NCBI GenBank assembly: GCA_002633005.1
Contig: NMRA01000159.1
Span: forward strand, 1 to 64,000
Source of the DNA: Phoronis australis
Lineage: Eukaryota; Animalia; Phoronida
Direction of reading: 5' to 3'
DNA length: 64,000 bases
In this document: piece by piece, positions 56,201 through 64,000 of the stretch
Position numbering within the stretch: the stretch's first letter is position 1
Layout of the letters: every line of letters starts with the position of its first letter
The notes under the pieces: model-generated
Seen by the model: only the letters and a program-made list of their open reading frames with translations
Told to the model about the DNA's origin: nothing
Databases searched by the model: none
Program-made: the position numbers and the translations under genes

Positions 56201-59200
56201 TATTCCTGTTCGAATTGATAGCCTGTAAAACTTAACGATCCACCTGCGAAGTCGGGACTGATGAGCTCTAGCTCGTCCTAAGTCGGGATTGCGAGTTGCC
56301 ATGTTGGCGTTTATTACTGAGCGTTCTGTTTCAAAATGAATTATTCTCACCCTAACCAATACTTATATAAAACTGAAACAAAGTCTGTCTCATTAGATGC
56401 AATTTGTAATGCCTTTGGAGTGTTCGTGAGTGCAAATGATTTGAGAAGCCAGCAATGAATAAATCACTGCGTTACCGGCTTTTGCACAATAAAACTAATT
56501 GACGGGTAGGCCGTGTGAGCTCATGCTAATTTAGTGTTTGCTGGCAGAAACTGTTGTGAAATAACTCGATTTCCATCCCACGGCCAGGTGTTAGGGGAAT
56601 CTTTATTTACATTTACATTACTCAAATAATGATTGTCAATGTACAACTTCTTCCCTATGGTGCTGTGGCAAAAACCGGAACCTGAATTCGCGGCCCCCGA
56701 CGAGTAAGAAGATTTGCAGTTTCGTGGCTAATTCACCAACATAATCATGTGCACATTACTTTGGCTCACTTGTATACTATTTTCTTGAGTGGAAGTTTAG
56801 TTTCCACTGAACTTTGGCTGGTTTATGTTCGTGATGTCTGATCAGTTTCCGAGCCACTGGCGGGGATAACGAGTCAATCCGGCCGGCTGCGACGGGCCTG
56901 ATCGGGCTCTGAACCACTGGCCAGGCTAACAAGCGTTTTGTGTTTAGAACTAAAAAAATCACAAGTCTAAACCACACAGATCTAGGTTCTCCTGTCTGTA
57001 TCTCACGGAAAATACTTCGAAATTATCTCCGAACAGACCCCAAACTCCTGCTACGGACCGTATTGGCCTGCCGAACTTTGTAGGCTACGGTGTGTTCAAA
57101 TACCAATAAATCCGTAAGATTGAAATAAAACAGCACGTTTTTATAAGAACTCGGTGTATTTTCAAGGGTTTTACATCGAAGTTTGATGATTTATTGGTGT
57201 TAAACGATGACTTCAAGCGATAAGCTGACACCAGTAACTCGTGTTGTGAACTGCTGAACAGACTGCGTGTGAAACCGATGACGTCATTGGATAATTTCAA
57301 AACCTCCGTCTGCCGTCAGGTGTCAGGTAACGCAACCGTACGTGTCGTTATGGAGTAGAACTACTCGATCTAAACTGACACAAATTAGGTTGTTTTTTGG
57401 GTGGCACGCTCCTTTAATCCTTGTGTTTTGTGAATGTCCGTCTCGTGTAAATTTTAGCTCGCACACCTTTGAGGAATGAACTGTCAGAGCTGCTGTTTAC
57501 ACTTTGCCTTCCAATCTTTTTCATTTGACTTTTGCTCGCTAGTTCGATGTAAATGCAACTCTGGGCATTTACCTAAATCAGCTGTTTGCTAAACACCAAC
57601 CACCGAGTTATCAAAAAATGTTGTAAAGGCTTAATGTCCTTAATTTTGGAGTTTCGTAATGTCCCCCGAGCGCGTTAAGTTTAATGTTCGCTATATGTTA
57701 CCGCTAGTGAAACTCATGAAATTGCAACATGATCTACCAGCGTGTGCTTTGTAGTCATGCAAAAATGGAGATAATTTGATAGCATACTAATTATCTGTGC
57801 ACATGATGAAATATTGATTAATGTCACAGGTTCCACTCATCCTGAGCTCATCTTGTGTTGTTCTGTAAATGTTGCTTAGTAATTGGTGGAGTCCCTTTCG
57901 TCTCTCTGTATGTCGTGCTCATACTGGAAATTACTGATAGTAAGCTGTAGGTCTATTGGGAAAACTTCATATTTTTTACCTTTCCTTGCGCCCTCAATAT
58001 AAGCCCCTATGCACATTTAGAAAAAAAATGTGAAATGCCTGCACATGTATTGTGTATATGTGAGTCAGAGGAGTTTATTGGTGACAATGCTACTCTTTCG
58101 ACGCTTATTTTGTAAAAAATAAGTAAGCCACAAATTATTGAAGTTAAGCTTGTTCTACTTTTACAAACTCTTGTTTTTGTTTGACATTCACCAACACTGT
58201 TTTTTTGGGAAACCCTAGAAATCGAAGAAATTTGCTGCGGCTTTGGCCTTGAAAATTGGCCCGATGACTATATTCAGAAATGTTTCCTTTACTTTATTAT
58301 GAAAATTGTACAATGTACACTGGCAATTAGTATGAGTTCAGACCAGAAAGATCTAGAAAAGCATTATATCTGGGAACCTGTTTGCAGAAAATACTCTCGA
58401 TGCATATTTTGAGGGTTGAAAACAAGACCAATGTAATTTATGTTGTGTGTTTACTTGATAAGCACTCAATGAAATTCATAAGAGCCAGCTTAAAACTCCA
58501 GTAAGCTGACCTTGGCTTCAGGTGCCTTATGCATCAACTGTAGGGAAAGACCACCCACCAATATTGTATTTCGCAAGGCCCTTTCATTCTGACCTAACTC
58601 CGGTCTGAGCGGAGCGTCGACGTAAACTGTGAAGTTAACTTAACCATTCATACCGGCTTAGGTAGTTAACAGACATCAAAGTAAACAGTAGGTGACGCTG
58701 TTGTCGTTGAAGTAATCGCAAGGCAGCACTGATGCATCGTGTGCACGCTAAAAAATTTATTTTAATGTGACAATTTGGGAACATTGACATGACTTGTGTT
58801 AATTGACATAAAACTTATTTCTAATTCGACTGGTGATTATTCGAGCAAAATATAAGCAACTATTAGCGACGACACTAACTTTAAATTGTTGATGATACCA
58901 GTGGCCCATGGCAATAACTTCGATGGTACCGAAGTTGACCGTTCATAGTGAACCACACTGTCTATGCTCTACTGTTAAATCCCACAGTTCACTGCAAAGT
59001 AACCGGCGCTGTTAATTTTGATCCAGGACCCAAGTAAACGTTCACACTGACCTCAACTTCCTAGTTGGATCCGTCTTATTAGGGAGGTACCAATGACACC
59101 TTCCTCGACCTTTAAAAGTTAGGAACAAGTTTTGATTTTATTAAAAGTTTAGAAAGTTCCTTACGAAGACTGCCAAACGGGCAAGTGTGGCTTTCACTTT

Positions 59201-60954
59201 TAGGCGACATCTGTTGGAAAGACCAGCTACTAAGAACCAAAATACCCATTCTTTGACCCAGTGAATATAATTGTGGTTTTTGGCATAATCCTGTTTGTTT
59301 TATTTGAGATGCGAATGGTGCATTATCAAAACAGAATGAAGATTGGTTGCTCTGACCAAAACAGAGTTTAGTTTCCTTTTATGTAGGTTCTACTGTAATT
59401 GCACAAGTCAGAGCTGTGCTTCTGACAAACTTCAGATTCGCAAATTTTGGTCTTTTAAAGATAGTTTTGTCTCCCTTGTTATACGTTTACCAATTTCGTA
59501 CTTTTGCTGCGACTAACACTTGGAATGTTACAAGAGAGCAGTGGAGTCATAATATTGGGAATCACAAAGTTAACAGGACAAAAAGTACATTTGGAACATT
59601 ATTGATTTTGTAAATTCTACATAGACTATGGCTGGTGGAATGTGCTGAAGTCATTAATGTTTTGTGAGGATGAAATTGACAAGTTGTGTTTTTATCAGTT
59701 AATTTCATTAATCCTTTAAAATGAAATTATGTGTGGATTTTACTGTCCCACGACTAGTGTACTAAATGTCTGGATGTCTGCTCGGTGCTGCCACTATATG
59801 ATCATCAGTCAGATACAAATGAATGTTTTAAAGACAGATAAGGTCTACAGTACTAGCCAAAAGTAATCATGACGGTTAACCCTGTTAAAAGGAAAAAGAC
59901 TACCAGGAATTCCCGAAAATAGGCCGTGGGCAGATATTCAGAAAATGGCCTTTCGATACCTTCAAATGAAACAATATATTCGGGCGTGTTTTTGGCAAGG
60001 TAGGGGGGCTTAGTTGTGCAAACTCAAACATTTTATGATGCAGTTTCAAAGCAAATAGTTATTATAATTCACCCAAGACTGTTTTCAAAGAACATGAAAG
60101 AAAGTGAACTGCCCTTCTATTATTAAGTTATTAATGCGGGTAGACCTTAAAGGAACCGTTGGTTTGTACTCATAAGGAATTACCGTAGTTTGACTCAATG
60201 CAACAAGATTTTAACTGATTTACGTGTGTTGGTGTTGACATGAATACAAATGAACAAAGTTATTCAAGACCTTCATGAGCTTGAGGTGATCAAAGCCATG
60301 ATTTTTTAAATAAACATGTAGCATTAAAACTGGCCTTCAATACTGTGCTTGGCAATGTCGTCCAACATCTCCTTAAATGATTTGAGTGAAATCACGATCC
60401 CAAGTTATCTCTTGTCAAAATAAAAAAAATTACATCAAAACGTATTATATACATGTTTTAGAACAATCCAACAAATTTTCAAAACAATATTTCTCACAAT
60501 AAACTGGACAATGTTGAAATTTGATGCGAAGTTTTGATGCACGAAGCTGCAACTGAATGTTGTGTTCTTTTCTGTCGGATTAATTCTGTCTAAATCTCGT
60601 CAAAATCTCATCAGGTGTTATTCCACACACTGTCAAAATCGCGACACTTCGCCTTGAAATTCCACTACAGAAATAAACAAACTGTGACTGGCGCAATAAT
60701 ACCACATTAACCTCAGCCTACGATTCAGCAAAAAGTTGCAACAAAAGCTGAATCACTCTACCAAATTATTCTCGCTAGAAGTTCTTCCAAGCTTCTAGTA
60801 GTCTGACAGAGTCCTGTTGGAGTCTATGTGGCAAATTCACCTTTTTTCCTCTCTTCAGGGATCTTCCTCAGTATGGACATAAACAGTGGCAGGCTTATTT
60901 TGGTCGCACATTTGATGTCTACACAAAACTGTGGAAATTCCAGCAACAGAACAG
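50147..60954 (+). CDS. SCAI: Protein SCAI (suppressor of cancer cell invasion), first two coding exons; the gene continues beyond the window
   Basis: join(50147-50250, 60859-60954) gives MEAEV..ERKIVNEFAHLLEKSKQLFNGLR/DLPQYGHKQWQAYFGRTFDVYTKLWKFQQQNR, the highly conserved SCAI N-terminus. Confidence 0.92.
50377..51309. mobile_element. Non-autonomous Mutator-like (MULE) foldback element
   Basis: Long TIRs TAGGCAATGACCATCGCCTC and a perfect 9-bp TSD ggagttaga. Its interior is inverted relative to 5358-6796. Confidence 0.92.
51320..51720. mobile_element. Older diverged relative of the MULE TIR
   Basis: gacgatgtagctcctctaggagcttcatacgctggaa..taattccttccaact matches the MULE TIR with many substitutions. 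Confidence 0.65.
53872..53994 (-). mobile_element. tRNA-derived SINE (same family as 15326-15450)
   Basis: The reverse complement shares gtaggtt..atcccactgg..ttgagtcaggtctctagctcct. Confidence 0.7.
54320..55692. mobile_element. Degenerate DNA transposon with subterminal inverted repeats
   Basis: gtgacgtcaccggaaagagggcaa (about 54531) versus ttgcccacttccggtgacgtcac (about 55567). Ends uncertain. Confidence 0.4.
55741..57413 (+). mobile_element. Kolobok-type DNA transposon derivative with a THAP-domain remnant
   Basis: TTAA TSD on both sides and TIR AGGAG(AA/CG)TGCCACCC. ORF 55906-56139 reads MPLCC..VSFF..P..RKWL..HLRVC, a THAP-like pattern. Confidence 0.8.
60859..60954 (+). CDS. SCAI: SCAI coding exon 2
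   Basis: Polypyrimidine tract plus cag, GTATGT donor, DLPQYG..TKLWKFQQ. Confidence 0.95.
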
Positions 60955-60999
60955 GTATGTACCCTTACTTTGTTATCCCTACATGTTGTCAAATATGGC

Positions 61000-61107
61000 A
61001 ATAGTCCGATATAAGGTGCCCGTATTTTGATAACCAGTTTGATGCATGTTATTCAGTGCAGAAAACTGGTTCTCAAAATTCGGGCCCGTTATATCAGACC
61101 ATTACTG
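61000..61107. repeat. Short hairpin MITE-like palindrome
   Basis: caatagtccgatataaggtgcccgtattttgataaccagttt pairs with aaactggttctcaaaattcgggcccgttatatcagaccattactg. Confidence 0.65.
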
Positions 61108-61388
61108 TTAAACGTTGTGCTGCACTATGGTTAGAAGGCTCTGAGTAGTGTTTAAATTCTTAGGTCATGTGTAGAAATCCCCAGTTTTGTCTGCTTTACA
61201 AGACAAATGATTGATGTAGTGGGCCGTAGTGGTACTCATTTTTTATTCTTTTAGCTGTAAAAATAATTGTTGTGCTCCGCAATTGAAAATATCGTGCAAG
61301 CATGCTGTTTCTGTGAATTAGTAAAAGAATAAGATTACTGTAAAAATTCGTCAGTTTGGGAAAAAAAATGATTGCCAATATTGCCATA

Positions 61389-62707
61389 CCGTATTCACCC
61401 TAATAAACGCTCATGCCCTTATAAGCACCCCCCACGCATTTCCTGACTTTCCTAAAATAAGCGCCCAGTCCATGAACACCGTGTACATACGAAAAATGTC
61501 TTATCTGAAGTTCTAAAATTCTACAGTAATGTCTTCAATTTATCAATAAAATCCGACAGTCCTGAAAAAATCATTGTGCGCGGAATTTGTAGACCACGAG
61601 CCTCGCCGCTATGTTGGGATTTAGTAGTGACTATACACTTCAAAAAGAATGCAAGCGCGAATCGAAGACTAATTAAAACTTATGACCTTTGTTCAGTTAA
61701 AAGCACGTGGCCAGGAAGCGCACGCTACATTCAAGTACTTGTCATCGAAGATTAGTCTCCGGGAACTATCTATTCTTGAAACGGGTAGCGTAGCATCAGC
61801 AAGAAATAAATACTGACACTTACCGGTATTTCTGAAAGTTTCTAATACCATAAAAAACATTTGCGTTATTTTGAAGGGGGAATTATTAATTTAGTCGTAA
61901 CTGGTGTTTTTAAGTCAAAATGACCCACTATAGTGAACACTTCCGCACCCTTATACTCCCCGAATCTCCCGAAAAATAACTGTTAGACTGTCACACATCC
62001 AGTCACCCTGCGACTCAATGACATCGGCCTTACCGAGACAACTCTCGATTGTTTTTTAGCAAATGAGATCAACAAGTGCTAAATAAAACACGTTCTGCTT
62101 TACTGTTTGCGTTAATTTCCTTAGTTACAATGAACACCTAGACCGTTACATCGCGTTTACTCTGGTAAATGAAATCTGATGACACACACGCGTGCTCGCT
62201 CACTCACACAATATGCAGACGAACTTCAAAACAAACATCATGTGACAACAACGTGTGTTTGTCCAGAGATTTTTCTCGTGTTGTGGAGTACAATCTGACG
62301 CAGATTTGGACTTAATGTGCTGTTAATCTCGACTCCACAGGAACTTAAAAATCTTAGGGGGGACTTCAGGTAATTTGTTAAATTGAAACATTTTTTTACT
62401 CAAGAATTTATGTTGACTTATAGGTGATCGCGAGGCAGCGACGCATCAGTCGGAGAGTTTTCGGACTGGGATTTTCTAAAAAATGCTTGCAATTTAACAA
62501 CAAAGTTTGATAGCAATGCACTGCAATTTTGTAGAAACTGTGTCGTAGGCTACAGATGAGTCACAGAGCGTAAATTTGATGAATTCTAGCTTACGATTTC
62601 ACCTGTTTCAGAGACCGGGTTTCAACCTCTTCTGGGCTATAATTAGGCCTCCCCCTGCCTGAAGCGAATTTTCTAAACGTCCTAGGTGCTTATTAGGGTG
62701 AATACGG
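61389..62707. mobile_element. Non-autonomous Tc1/mariner (pogo/Tc2-like) element
   Basis: TA TSD and TIR CCGTATTCACCCTAATAA / TTATTAGGGTGAATACGG. Confidence 0.88.
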
Positions 62708-64000
62708 TATTTCTATTTTTCATAAGCATTGTTACAAAAGCTCAAAATTTTACCAAATGTTATTGGTAACAGCTACACCATACAAACCATGCTAAAAGCA
62801 ATTGAAAGTAAATTTTACCAAGTTATTTTTGTTGAGAAATTTTACAAAATGAAATTTCACCTGTCAGCCATATTGTGTCCCAAACTGAAGAGTTTTTACT
62901 GTACGAGGCAAAAACATGACACTCAATTTGCACCATGTTTGAACTTTTGCTCTCTTAAGGAGAAGCCTGTCTTAAATGGACAATGCGGTCTCATCAGTGA
63001 ACGAATGCAATCATATTTTGAGGTGAACGAATAGCATAATCAATTCTGATCAGCACGTTACTCTCTTTGAAACCTGTGCAGACATCGCTGAGTGAAGATT
63101 AAAAAAAGACGCTTCTTCATGTCACTTTCGCCAACGTTTTTTTCAAGAGTCACACAGATGTAAAGGCACAACTTTTGCAACGATTATCTATTTTTTAATG
63201 AGTACAGCAATCTCATAACTAGACCACGGATTAAAGTTGGGAAAAAATCTTGTACCGTTTCAGTTCAGATCACTATGTTTGGGAAAACATTCAACTAAAA
63301 ATACTGCATCACTGCATCAGTTCCCAAGAAACCAAAGGGCAAAACCAGTTATGTTATATTTGGCCGTTTGTGGTGATTTTGGTGGTTTAAGTTGCTTTTA
63401 GTGGATAAATTCTCAATGGAGTTAATTTTCTACAGCGTCATAAGTAATGCTCTCCCACTTATGTTGTGTTCATTATGGCTGACTAGTGAATTACAGGTTT
63501 TGAGTCATCTTAGTTTTTTGTGCTGTAAGATATTTAAAACATTTGTTAAATGTTTTCATTGTTCACAAGCTGGCTATCTGTCTTGGAAGAATAGAAAATT
63601 GGCAGTTTTGGCAAATGAATCATTTTTTGTGAAATAGATGAAGAATTAACAAACAGTGGAGCCCACTTAATATCATGATAATGGATAGTAGAATATCCCA
63701 GTTATTATCATGGAATGTCAAAAAATAAACCATTTCCTATTAAATCCATGTAAAATAACCCGCATAATATCACAATTTATTGCCATATTCCCAGACATTG
63801 TTATTACGAAATTACAAATTCAGCAAAGCTGATGCAAAACTGATTCTCGCCTGCTTATTAGCATGTGTACCTAGTAAACTAATTCAATTCAACTTAAATT
63901 CATTTTCCTAGTTATCAGATCTTGGCGGCTGCGGCAGTGGTAGAAATCAGACATTTCCTTTTCACCTGTCTTCCTCTCACACTTTCCACTTAACTGGAGT

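Overview
Eukaryotic genomic DNA, AT-rich and intron-rich, from an animal (probably a marine invertebrate such as a mollusc or other lophotrochozoan; this is inference). Most of the supplied ORFs are not genes. Three spliced genes could be rebuilt by hand from GT-AG junctions and exon phases. (1) A + strand CIZ1/matrin-family zinc-finger gene: 17 coding exons, 8681-31942, about 884 aa, with three U1-type fingers, an acidic VTIDAIG motif, a C-terminal matrin finger and an N-terminal GGRRGGDSGMGLLD repeat. (2) A complete - strand deoxyhypusine synthase DHPS: 8 coding exons, 48129-38977, 364 aa. (3) The first two coding exons of SCAI on the + strand, head-to-head with DHPS. Introns and intergenic DNA hold many transposons whose termini and target-site duplications (TSDs) are still readable: Mutator-like foldback elements (9-bp TSD), hAT-like MITEs with unusual 6-bp TSDs, Harbinger MITEs (TNA), a Kolobok element with a THAP remnant (TTAA), a TcMar element (TA), L1/Tx1 LINEs, a Gypsy remnant, tRNA-derived SINEs, and an inverted Penelope-like insertion carrying variant minimal hammerhead motifs in the putative extended 3' UTR of the CIZ1-like gene. 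Two duplications next to N gaps look like assembly artefacts.
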